DNA of 63,311 bases, counting the filler, from Pelomyxa schiedti (taxonomy: Eukaryota > Protista > Evosea): the NCBI GenBank assembly GCA_020536535.1. It is 6 parts of 6 records of this genome, joined end to end, with 100 filler letters (N's around TTAATTAATTAA, not from the genome) between each part and the next. Parts side by side here need not be neighbours in the genome. Positions count along the whole stretch, not along the records: positions 1 to 11,711 come from JAHLWZ010000687.1; positions 11,812 to 35,078 come from JAHLWZ010001058.1; 4 more parts are not named here. One strand, written 5' to 3'. Below are positions 10,563 through 22,000 of this stretch, one piece after another. The first letter of the stretch is position 1, and each line of letters opens with the position of its first letter. The position numbers and the translations under genes are program-made. The notes beneath the pieces were generated by a model. It did no database searches. It worked only from the letters and a program-made list of their open reading frames with translations, and was not told the DNA's origin.

Positions 10563-11059
10563 GTGGACAACAGGAGGCACCTGGTGCCACCTTCAGTGCA
10601 CTACATGAGTTGGCGAGAACCTGTCACTGTTTCCGAGTGTAATGCCGGCACACCGCCGATTGGATTCTATCTCGTGCACGCGGTGAATGACGTGAGGTTT
10701 GTGGTTAGTGGGTGCGATTCAGAGGAAGGAGCAGCTGCTCCAGCGACGTGGTGGCCGACATTGGGCAGGAGTGCGTGGTGCGTTCCGCTGTGTATGCTTG
10801 GAATGTGGAAGCTTGTGTTTTCAACATAACCGAATCACAGGCAGTGAAGGAGCGAAGATACGAGTACCAGGCTTGCTGAGCTACATTTACCACCACAACA
10901 GTGAGAAACATCATTTGTTGTGGGCCACAGTGTGTGCAGCCACAGGAGGTGTTATCCAAACACAAGCAACAGGACAGCTCTCTACTACGAATTCTGTTCA
11001 AGGATTATTTGCCGCTGGTGAACACAGCAATACCAACCCTGGGTTTCTTCTTCTTTTGC
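10563..11059 (+). pseudogene. Degraded WDCN-family fragment
   Basis: gtgcacgcggtgaat (HAVNDVRFVV) matches the HAVNHVWFV segment of copy 3 near 2520; no long ORF. Confidence 0.4.
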
Positions 11060-11159
11060 NNNNNNNNNNNNNNNNNNNNNNNNNNNNNNNNNNNNNNNNN
11101 NNNNNNNNNNNNNNNNNNNNNNNNNNNNNNNNNNNNNNNNNNNNNNNNNNNNNNNNNNN

Positions 11160-11592
11160 CGACCGCGGGAGTAAACCAGCTCCGATTGGGAGTTTTACAA
11201 ATGGGGCTGGAACACCAATTTACTTGCCACCACAGATGCACACTGGGCACTACGGAATTCAAGGTATTTTGGATTGTTGTTGTGTTCATCCTGTTGATTT
11301 AGTTTTCACTCGACACCATCTAATTCCGCACCACACATAAACAAACACATTCAAAAGGAGACATGTGGGAGTTTGCAGTTTTGTTGAGTGAACTTCTTCA
11401 ACGCGAAGTTCCACAAGCCAAGATGCCAAAGACCGGCGCCCAAGTGATAGAATTTATGAGGGTCCAGCGGGCATCACTCTCAGCCCCGGAAATTGCCGGT
11501 TGACAACAATAAAACCCCAAAAACTCTCTGCGTCACCTAACGCGCACCCACACACAGAAGTGGACCGGATTTGTGATGACGTTGGAGATTAT
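11160..11592 (+). pseudogene. Near-identical partial copy of kinase C-lobe exons (9540-9963)
   Basis: Repeats GAGTPIYLPPQ/GDMWEF exons and introns with a few SNPs and indels, then diverges into unrelated sequence; lies after a 100-N gap. Confidence 0.65.
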
Positions 11593-11845
11593 TGGGACTG
11601 CCCAAGTGTGCACACTTTTTATCGGGTTTATTAGTTTTCTCAGTCCAGAGACGAGGAACTGAGACGGAAAAAAAAGGCGTTTTCTACAAGACCATCGGCC
11701 ACGGGGTGCAANNNNNNNNNNNNNNNNNNNNNNNNNNNNNNNNNNNNNNNNNNNNTTAATTAATTAANNNNNNNNNNNNNNNNNNNNNNNNNNNNNNNNN
11801 NNNNNNNNNNNCCCCCCCCCCCCCCCCCTCTTACGAGATTCGAGG

Positions 11846-14417
11846 ATTGCTGGGGAAATTGTTGATATTGTGGTGGAAGATGCAAACAAGGTTCGGCTAA
11901 TGAGCTTACTGTTTGCTATTTGCACTCTTAACTGCTAGTAGGAGGCTCTCAACAAGCAAATACCGTTTTTGATGGCCTTAATGTTTGTAAGTGGTGTTTG
12001 CAGCTGTTTACGTGTGGCTACATTTGGCATCGCTGGGGCTAGAATGGTTCCCCTCCCTAAATTTGATCTTTTCTTTTACTTATGGAAGATAAAACGCATG
12101 CGAAGCCAACTGTTCTTATCTATAGTTCGACAAGAAATCGGGTTCTTTGATACAACAAAATCTGGGGAACTTCTCAATAGATTGGCAGATGATTCAGTTT
12201 GACTGCCTACAAGTTTTGACCATATGTACTAATAACAACAACAAAAAAGGCAGTTGTCCAAACTACACTTACCACAAATATTTCTGTTGGCGTCCGAAAT
12301 GTGGCAACTGGTCTTGGCTCAATCATCTTCCTCTTCATAATATCGTGGAAGTTAAGTCTAGTGATGCTAGGCATTGTGCCAGTCATTGTGATCGGTACCA
12401 GATAAAAACTATTAAGACTTCCCTTGCTTACCCAGCTGTAGTTGCTGTGGTTTATGGCAGATTTGTGAGAAAGCTTGGAAAACAGGCCCAGGATGCACTT
12501 GCCAAGGTTAATACTGCGTTCAATAGAATAGAAATTGAATTAAGAAGGCAGCCTCTGTAGCGGAAGAAGCTTTTGTAAATATTCGTGTAGTTCGTTCTTT
12601 TTCTAAGGAGGCATTTGAAAGTGATAAATATGGTTAGTTACATGGAGTTTTCCAATTTTCTTATTGCTCTCTAGTCAATCGCGTACAAGACGCATATAAA
12701 ATTCAGATCAAGGTAAAAAAGTTTCCTTTTTTTTTTTTGTTCACTCACAAGTGAAAGTCTGTATGGGCAAATGGGAGTTTTATGGTTCCTCTTCCCATTT
12801 TCTTTATCAAAATAAATGAATGAAGGGAGGTATGCTCTTTTTTGGGAACATTGCCATGCTTCTTGTATTATGGTATGGGGCAATACTTGTTCTGAAAGCA
12901 CAGCTTAGCCCTGGAGTATACCTTCGCCACATTGAAGTTATGGTAATTTTGCACTTGTAGGAGCTGGCCAGTTTCATTTTCTATACTCTCATTGTTGCTG
13001 TCAGTCTTGCAACCGTATCTAACATGTATGGAGATCTCATGAAGGCAACAGGTGCCAGTGAGAGGATATTCCAACTTATTGACAGAGTTCCACTGGCCAA
13101 ATCAAGTTGACCCTTTTCCTTGTGCATCATTTTTCTCACTTGTTAAAAAACCTACCAGAGGGAGGGGAAGTTCTGTCTTCCATTGGAGGAGAAATTATCC
13201 TAAAAGGTGTATCATTCCATTATCCCAGCAGACCAACCGAAATAGTTCTGAAAGGTTTTTTCTTACTGAGTTATTTGAATTGCGTAACATCTTTCAGGGA
13301 TTGATTTGAGTTTAGAGCCTGGAAAGATTGTTGCCCTTGTGGGTATCTTCTTAATGTTACTTAACAAGACCCACAATCATACAAGGGCCATCTGGAAGTG
13401 GTAAAAGCACTATAGTAAATCTCATCGAACAATTTTATTATCCTGATACTGGCTTCATAACTCTTGGTACCTTAATTTCGTTGTCCTGAATTAACTTCAT
13501 TCAGATGGAAAGGATATGAAAGAACTAGATCCAGAGTTTCTACACTCCTTCATTAGTCTGGTTTCTCAAGAACCTACACTTTTCTGCAGTTCCATTTTCG
13601 ATAGTAAGATCATTCAATTCTTACTCTTTCCTTATGTTCTTTAGACATTGTCTATGGAACTAGTAAGTCCCCAACAAGGGAAGAGGTTGAAGAAGCTGCG
13701 AGAGCAGCAAACGCACATGAATTCATAGGACAGCTGGCTGATGGCTATGATACTATTGTTCTCTCTTCAGAGTAGTCTTGCTTTGCGTAACCTCTGGCAG
13801 GTTGGGGAAAGAGGAACGCGTCTTAGTGGAGGTCAAAAGCAACGAGTCGCTATAGCTCGTGCCATACTTTCAAGTAAGTTCTACCATTAATGGCGGATAC
13901 CTCTGAGATGACTCAATGGCAGATCCAAGAGTTTTACTGCTTGATGAGGCAACTTCAGCTCTGGATGCAGAAAGTGAGCATCTTGTCCAGGAAGCTTTGG
14001 TATATACTAGTATTTCCAGTCACCTTCATAACTTCAAACAGGATCGGCTTATGCACGGAAGAACTGTGTTGGTGATTGCACATAGGCTAAGCACAGTTCA
14101 GGTACTCGCGCCATAATCTCTGGCTTCACTCAAAGAATTCTTTGACAGAGTGCCTCTGAAGTGTGCGTACTCGATAAGGGGAAGATCGGTATCTCCCTTC
14201 TTCTAGTATCTTCTGTCTAAACACCTTCACAGTGGAACGAGGGACACATGCTCAACTTCTTGAAATGAACGGGTTGTATTCAATACTTGTCAAAAGGCAA
14301 CTCCAAGGTGGAGTAGACACCACAGCCACCCCTCCCATAACAACAATTACAACCACAACCACCACGTCTCCATTTTTCGGCTCACCAGAGCCAGAGAGGT
14401 CTAATGAAAATAACTAA
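11846..14417 (+). CDS. ABCB-type half ABC transporter (TAP/ABCB10-like), 5' end missing, many short introns
   Basis: [18 protein letters not shown], Walker [10 protein letters not shown] (~13386), signature [14 protein letters not shown], Walker [32 protein letters not shown]. Confidence 0.92.
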
Positions 14418-14491
14418 AAGAGAACACTATTTTTTTTCTACAAGGCAAATCAACTACACCACCATTCCCAATTATAAGGATTAGGGTTGGG

Positions 14492-15719
14492 TTAGGGATT
14501 CTCTGTAAGAAGTTTTGGTTCCAGGTGGTCGTTGGTGATAAAGCGGTTTCCCTCTGATTTGTTTCCGAGGTACACAACCTCTTGCTTGAGAAGTACTGTT
14601 GGATATGATGCATCGGCTGAGGGAGGTGGAAGAGGTTTATAACCCACGTCAGATATGTCTAGGTCCGCTGGTATCTATTGTTTGAATGTGAGGCGGTTGT
14701 TTGGAAGAGGAAGTGAGGTAGATGTAATGCATACCTCTAGGCTCATGGGTTTGTTCACTTTACAAAATGGCCCTCGTTTGATTGCTTCGGCACGCTCAGA
14801 AGCAAGTACGGGTTTTCCATCAAGGTACCGTAGCCGTCTCAAGAAATAGAGTACGCGCATTCTGATTTTGAATGAAATGAGGAAGACGAAAAGGTAGATT
14901 TGGGTCGGAGGGTGCGTTCATCTACCTGTATCGTCTATAGTCTGAGCTGTCATCACTGAAATAGGGACAGCAGGGATTCTTTACCAGGCTTAGGTTGGCA
15001 AGGTTTGGAAATCGCTTAGTTGCAATTGCCAGAAAAGCTTCCAGATCGCTCAGCTGTATTCAGGTGAAAATTAAGGAATTGGGCAGAACGATAAAACTTT
15101 TTCGAAGAAGCTGATTTATAGGTGTTTGTAAGATATAACACGGGAAAGAAGGTACCTGGTTCTTATTCATTGACAGCAATTTGAGGGTTGGACATACAGG
15201 GAAGTGACTACACTCACTCATTTCATTATTGTCCAGAACAAGCTCCACGAGTTTCGTGAAGTGTTCCAAATTTTGGCTCGACCTGTTCAATTTAGTTTCT
15301 TTCCTCAACCAATGCACGTTTACATCCAACCCATAAAAAAAAATTCCCTCTCACTTAGAAGCACTTACATCTACCCATAAACAAGGAGAATATGTACTTC
15401 ACTCACCACCAACAGAACAAAAAAGGGGAAAGGGGGGAGGGAAAAAAAAAAAAAAAAAAGCGAAAAATAGTCACCTTAGGGAATTGTAGCTGAGGTCAAG
15501 CTCGAGTGCCTGAGGAGCCAACTCGACGAGCTCGGGCGGGATGGAGGTCAGATCGCGGCCCGCGGCCAGGACGCTCCCTCCCCCGCTCACCGCCACCGCC
15601 ATCACCCCCACATTGCTCCCGCTCCCGAGCCGTGCCAGCCCGTTGCTGCCTTCCCCCTGCTGCCCAGGGGGCGACGCTCCCGAGGCCGTCGTGGTCGATG
15701 TGGCTGTGGTTCGTGACAT
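14492..15719 (-). CDS. LRMDA: Leucine-rich melanocyte differentiation-associated protein-like (C10orf11)
   Basis: LRRs (LDLSYNSL, LVLDNN, LSMNKNQ), LRRcap KNPCCP..DYRRYR..LRYLDGKPV..ERAEA, and diagnostic C-terminal YLGNKSEGNRFITNDHL. Confidence 0.8.
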
Positions 15720-16002
15720 CGGGTGCCCGTGTGTGCTTGGGCTGGTTTTTTTTTTTTGCTGTGGTTGATTGCTGTGGATAGTCGAAAATGGGGAATTCGA
15801 GGAAGAAGAGGTGAAGCCTGTAATTCCGCTTGGTGGCTTCTAGGGGAGAGGTTGTCTCGCGGCCGTTCTGTTGGGAATACCAAGCGCAACGACTGGGAAA
15901 GGTAACTACTCAAGAAGGGGAGTCTCAGAACCCCAAGAGATCCTCTTTCCGAAGCAACAAAGCAATTACTGGAAGGCAGTAGAGCTCGGCGGCGCTCGCC
16001 GT

Positions 16003-19000
16003 ATGAAGGTGTCAGCGTGCGTTGTGGGGGCTCTGCCGAAACGCGACGAGCCGTTGGGCGGGACCTTCTGCGTGCGCCGGCCGTGCGCGCGTCGGCCCCT
16101 CGTGCCCCCGCCGGCTCTGCGCGTCGCTGGCGACGTGCCGTTCGTGTCGTCGGCCGACGAGGCGCGCGAGGTGCCCATGGTTGTCGCCGTGACGGTCCGG
16201 GGGGCCGACGCCGGCGAGAAGGCGAAAGGGAAGGGCGCGGGCGCGGCGTCGGGGCCGCAGTTGCATTTCGGCAAGCACGCGAGGGCCACTGTGTGGGCGT
16301 TCGGTGCCGATTCGGGCTCCGCGTTTGCTGCGTCGGCGTCGTCGTCGGGTTTGGTCAAGGGAAAGACGAGGACTTATGTGCTGGAGGGGAATGAGAAGAT
16401 TTTTGGGAAAGAGGAACTTGTCTTGTGCTCATTCTCTCGCAATGGTTTTTTATACCCTTTTTTTTTTTTGACAACTTTTTAATTTTCTTTTGGAAAGGTG
16501 TTCATGGTGCTGGATTGTTGGTTTCTGGAGAAGCTTTTGTATGGGACTCGGCTCCAACTAAATTGTTTCACATTGGATGCCCAACTAAAAGAATTCAAAG
16601 CAAAAAGGCTCTATTTCCAGGTGATCAATCTCTTCTGACCTTTTTTTGTCCCTAAGGGAACTTTCTTGCAGCTGTACGTGTATGTGTTTCTAACTCTGGG
16701 AAACATGTGGGCTTTCTATGTGAAAGTGGTGATGTATGGCTCTGGGTCAGATCTCAAACTCAACAAGGTACATCTGAGAGTATTCCTCAACTTAGAATCA
16801 CAAGGCTCTGGTGACTGGACACAACTAAATATCGCAGATCATTTTTCTTTTTCTCACCTTGAGACCCATGTGCAAGCAAACATGTCAGCTTCACCAGTGA
16901 GACATTTATATTTCCAGATAGTATCTAATTTGCCGAATTAAGCACGTGGGGGAACAAATGCAAATTACTTATGTCAACAATGAACCTGAAGGCACCAGTT
17001 CTCATCACCACCTATGCAACCTTTCTTGGTGCCTTGAAGACAAAGGAAAAACATCTGACTCTTGGAAGAGAACCCTTACTCTTCCTGAGGAATTGGGAAC
17101 GGTACTATCCCTCCTCTTTTTCAGTAGTTTCTAATACCACCAGAAAATAGTTTTCCAGTGGGATCCAGGAGGTTCTTTGATTGCTGTATGTGTGAGCAAT
17201 CCCAAGAGTCTCAAAATCCTTTTCATCTCAGGCAGTTGTGCATCACCACATGAGGTATGTCTCACTGACAGACTGAACCAGGTAAAATGAAAAAATAAAG
17301 TTTAAAATTCACTTCGTTCAGTCTTCCCAAGACTTAACAACTGTTGAATTGGAGTGGATTGGGCAAGGAATTTTTCTTGTTGGCCTCATGAAAAATGGTT
17401 TTCCTATGTCAACAGCAGCTTTTTAGTAACATCACTCAGGAAATCTATATGTGCTCTCTCGCTTGGGATCAGTTGTACAAATTGTTAACAATGAAGATGA
17501 GATCACACCCTGCATTTGTGTTGATAACCCTAGGCTAACAGTTCTCTAACCTATATCTGTCCCACCTCACTTTTGAACAGATTTATGATGGTAAAACTCT
17601 GTGTAGTGACCCCATTGGCATCAATCTAATTTGCACTGGGAAAGTTAATATCAGATTACTGTCTCTTCCACAATTCAACTTCGAAAATGTGCATTTTACT
17701 GAAACACCTACTTTTGTAACACTCAATTAAGATGATTACCCAACTGGTTCAAGGAAATGGCCCCTGCGCATCCACCTCATTTGACAACCATATTCTCGCC
17801 TGGAAGTTGTACTTGTCTGCCCCTCATCCTGTGTCAGTCTTACCGGAAGTCCTTTTTGCAAATGTTGAATCCTGTGTATGCAGTTTAGTATCCTGAAAGC
17901 AAACCTTCTCACAACAAATTGTGATACTTGTCCCCAATCTTACTACGCTCAGTTTATACCTTCGTCATGTATGTCGAAAACCCAAGTTATGTGCAAGACA
18001 CTTGTGTCTCTTAATACTTCTGGACTTTCTCAGCTCTGCTGGAGTATTAGCTGGCGTTTATCCCTCTTTTTCGCAACCACCCTTGCCCTGCATTCTTTTA
18101 GAGTTTTATACTCTCTTCTCGCCTCTGGTGTGCTTGACACTGCTGAAGAATTTGAAGCAGGGTGCTATGCTGCCTTCCACATATTGTCGAGTACGGAGCA
18201 GGCACTTGCTAATGTAGTTGGAAAAGCTGGTGGTCGCAATGTCCGAAATTGTACCCCATTGCAGTTTACAAAGCAGTGGGCTCAACTTTCTGCGGCAATG
18301 CAACAACGTATCTCTTACTCTCATGAAATTAGTATTGATTGAATTTTGAAAGGTCCCCTACACAGAGAGGTCACTTCAACAGCTTTAAGCTTGCGAAATG
18401 GTCATGTGGGCTTGTTCAAAGGTGGAGACAACAACGAAGTCCAGAAATTCTGGATCACAGTATGCGAATATGCTTCTCCGCTAATACTCCCTCACTTCAT
18501 CAGGCAGGTTCACAGGGTACACTGCCACGCCTACTGCTCCATATTTCCCGTTGTGAAATAACTGATGCGATACAATTAGCAGAATCACAAATTGAAAGGT
18601 AATTTTTCCTAATTTCTTTGAAGTAATCTTAACAACAGTCATAGATTCACCCTTGTAGGTGATAGGATCTCAGTTGGCGTTTTGGGATGGGTTGTATGTT
18701 CAGCATTTGCGAAAGATGAAATAGTGTCATTTCCACCTAGTTCATCAACCCTTTTATCTCGTACAATCTCAGTTTAAGCTTCTCTTAAGTCTCAAGGTTT
18801 CTCAGGACTTATTTCAGCTTCCCAGGCTCCCAAATTTCCCTTCAACCTCGACTTGAAGCATCATAATCACCCCGTCATAACACTTGACCGGAAACGCTTG
18901 CTTGCATCCAGTTGCAACAGGCCTGGCTGGAATGTAACCAAAGGCATATGCTATCTTCTCATTGCTGGGATGACCACATGCGCAATTGAGGCTTTAATTT

Positions 19001-22000
19001 CGTTGAAGTGCTTTGTAATGGTTCTTCAAATACCCCCCAACTTTATGTCAATTCCTTTTCCAGGCTTTAGCAGTTGCACTTGTACATTTCCCATCAATGT
19101 TGGAGCGGGTTTCTACGACTGCCATGAATAATTTCATTTTCCACTACTCCAATGGGAAACAGGAGGAGGCATTTACCCATCTGTGTGATCTCCTTGCTGG
19201 GATGCAAGCTATTGATCAACACATTTTTCAAAGTCTCCTAAGGCAAGTGTTGGAGCACAATGTGCTGCTTCTCAAGAAGCACATTGAGAAATTGCCTATT
19301 CTCGTACATCCAGACTACATCTTCACAGAAACTCTGACTTCCCCTTGGCAGTATGGGAGTGGTATGATGCAAGTGCTTCTTCTAGGTGTAACCACTACAG
19401 GCATGATTGACACCTCCAGTGACCGCACGTCTTTTGTGCAAGCTGAGATGTGGTGCCGTGCTGAGGTTTTCCACATTTTCCCTTGGATAAGTTCTGATTT
19501 TTTTAAAAAATAGATCGGCAGGACATTAAGGCATACGTTTCATCTACTTTATAGATTCTCCAAACAACACTTTGTTAGTGTTGTTAAAGCTTCTTCCAAT
19601 TTTACCGACCAGTTCAGTGGTAATTTTGCCTTCCTTTCTCTTGTCCTCCTTTCAAGCAACATAGAAAACATTTGGAAAGTGCTTTATTATTCATGGTACT
19701 TATGTGTGAGGGACCATGTTGCGTTGTTATCCCAAGCTTCACCTCTGGTTTCTGTGGCCTCGTTACTGTCAAATAAACATGCAACCCAACTTCCTCCTTC
19801 CTTTGCCAGCTGGGTGATCCGAATGAGCGCATTCCGTAATCTCATTAGAATACTAATATCTTTGAATAATACCCATAGATGAAGACAATCAACTCCCTGT
19901 GAGCCTTCTGCAGGAGTACTGTATCAACGCCCTTCAGATTGTTTCAGCTATCAACCGTAATGTCTTAGAGACCTTCACTTTGTATTTTCCTTCTTCTTCA
20001 TATATATCGGCCATGTATGTCATACTCTATTGTCTCTTCTTTGACCTGCTTTAGTTTGCATCCCAAGTTCGAAGAAGTTCTTTCTTCCTACGGTGGCCTA
20101 GCTTCTATACTCCCGCAGAATCAACCAATTGCAAATGTATTCTTCAGATTTGGAAATATACCCTATTCACCCTTGAAAGAAAAGGATATATGCTTTGGAT
20201 AAAGAATATATGAAACACATGCAAGACCTTTTGCAGTACTTAAATGAAACAAACTTTGAGGACTTCCCCCCAAAACTCCCAACTATTGAGCATACCCCTG
20301 CCGGGACTATGAATGAGGCCAAGTACAGTGCTATCTTTCTTTTTCCTATTTCTTATTGTTAAAGTTCCTGCCTGAAACTACTGTACATCTGGTTCTCCAC
20401 AAATAAGACTCTTCATTTTGGGGTGACAAACCGCCTTCCATTTCCTTCCATTCTTGCACCTTTTTCCGGTTTCTGATGTGACATTTTTGTTGTATCTGAC
20501 AAACTGCCAAGTACAAGGATCTTTCTGTGAAGAATACAACTGGGATAAACTGGAGCTCATACAGCCAGAGGAAATCCCAGATGAAAAAAAAGGTCAAATA
20601 ACATGCACCTATTGCGTTAACTTTGGAAACAGTGGATATACTTCCGACCACTTCAGCTGGAGAGTATGGATCAGAGGATGAAGTACCCCTTCATACTGAC
20701 CAAAATCAAGACGATTTCCCTGCAACCACAAGTTGCTCGGAAGATGATGAATGCCATTCTGATGGCATTGATGCAACCAATAAAGCAATTCCCTCCACAA
20801 CTGGGGAGGATGACAGTGACACAAACTCAAAGAGTGATAGCATACAGGAATCTGGTGGGAGCAGAAATAACGAAACTAGACAACCCCCAAGTGGGGACAT
20901 TGACAAGTCTACTAGTAGTGTAATCACCAATAATTTGAGCATGACAAGTTCCACTAAGCACACTGTGGGAGCTAGTGGAAGTAATGGAGATGGAGGTGAT
21001 GATGACGGTGACAAACATTTTAGTTTCTCAAATCACAATGATGGTCCTGATGACAGAGGGAGAAGCCGACACCATACAAAAAAACCAACAAAGTCATCTG
21101 GGCACTTGAAAGTTGCCCAACCATCACTTGAAAATACACTGGATACCACAATGAATTCCACCAAACTGCGTGGAATTCTAAAAGCCTCTCAAAAAATCCC
21201 AAAAAAATCTTCATCCAAGAGTAGTTCCCACAAGAGAGGGGCTAGCCATCACACTCACAACAAGTCTGGCTCTGAAAAAACAGCTCATGTGCGGCACAAA
21301 AGTCAGCACAGTCATCAAAGGAGAAAGGGATCTTCATCCTCCAAACATAGCCACAAGAGTACCAGTAAAAGACACGTGGATGGCCACCACTCACCAACAG
21401 AGCATTCACTTCAATTGTCCTATTCTGGTATGGACTTTTCCTCTCTATTTTTTTTTGTTTCACTAGGCAATAGATAAAAAAAAGCCTACTTCCCATGGAA
21501 CCTATAATTTGGAATGTGAGCAAACATGGTGCCAAGGTACCACACTTACAAAGAAACATTTCAGTTACTCCTTGGTGCAGCCTACTCCGAACCCAGTCTC
21601 GAGCAAACACTTTCAGATTTGGTTCTGCGTTCCCATTTTGTATTGCCCATAAAGTGTAAGTGGACAACTTATCCCTCGTAGGGCCATTTCCTGGAAAGGC
21701 GTGCAGATTTTTCACTTGCGTTCCTGGAGGATATAGAGAAATTTAAGTCCATGCTTCCCCCACAGATACCCATCCCCAGACAAGTAAAGGTTGAAATTTT
21801 CTACTACTTCAAGCGTAAACACTGCGTCGTTATTCACCATAAATAAAACATTTAGATACCAGTAACAAACTTTGCTATGAAGATAATTCGTGGACATGCC
21901 AAATTTGTTCTTGAGACCTATATTAAGCCTGGAGCACCCAAAGAGCTCACAATGATACCCACCCCCATAGCCAATGGATTAACAGGCATATTTTCTGCAA

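Noticed and set aside
11712-11811. TTAATTAATTAA embedded in N runs (also ~35123, ~47019, ~51281, ~60075)
   Set aside because: Artificial six-frame-stop linker used to concatenate contigs; genes on either side are not neighbours.
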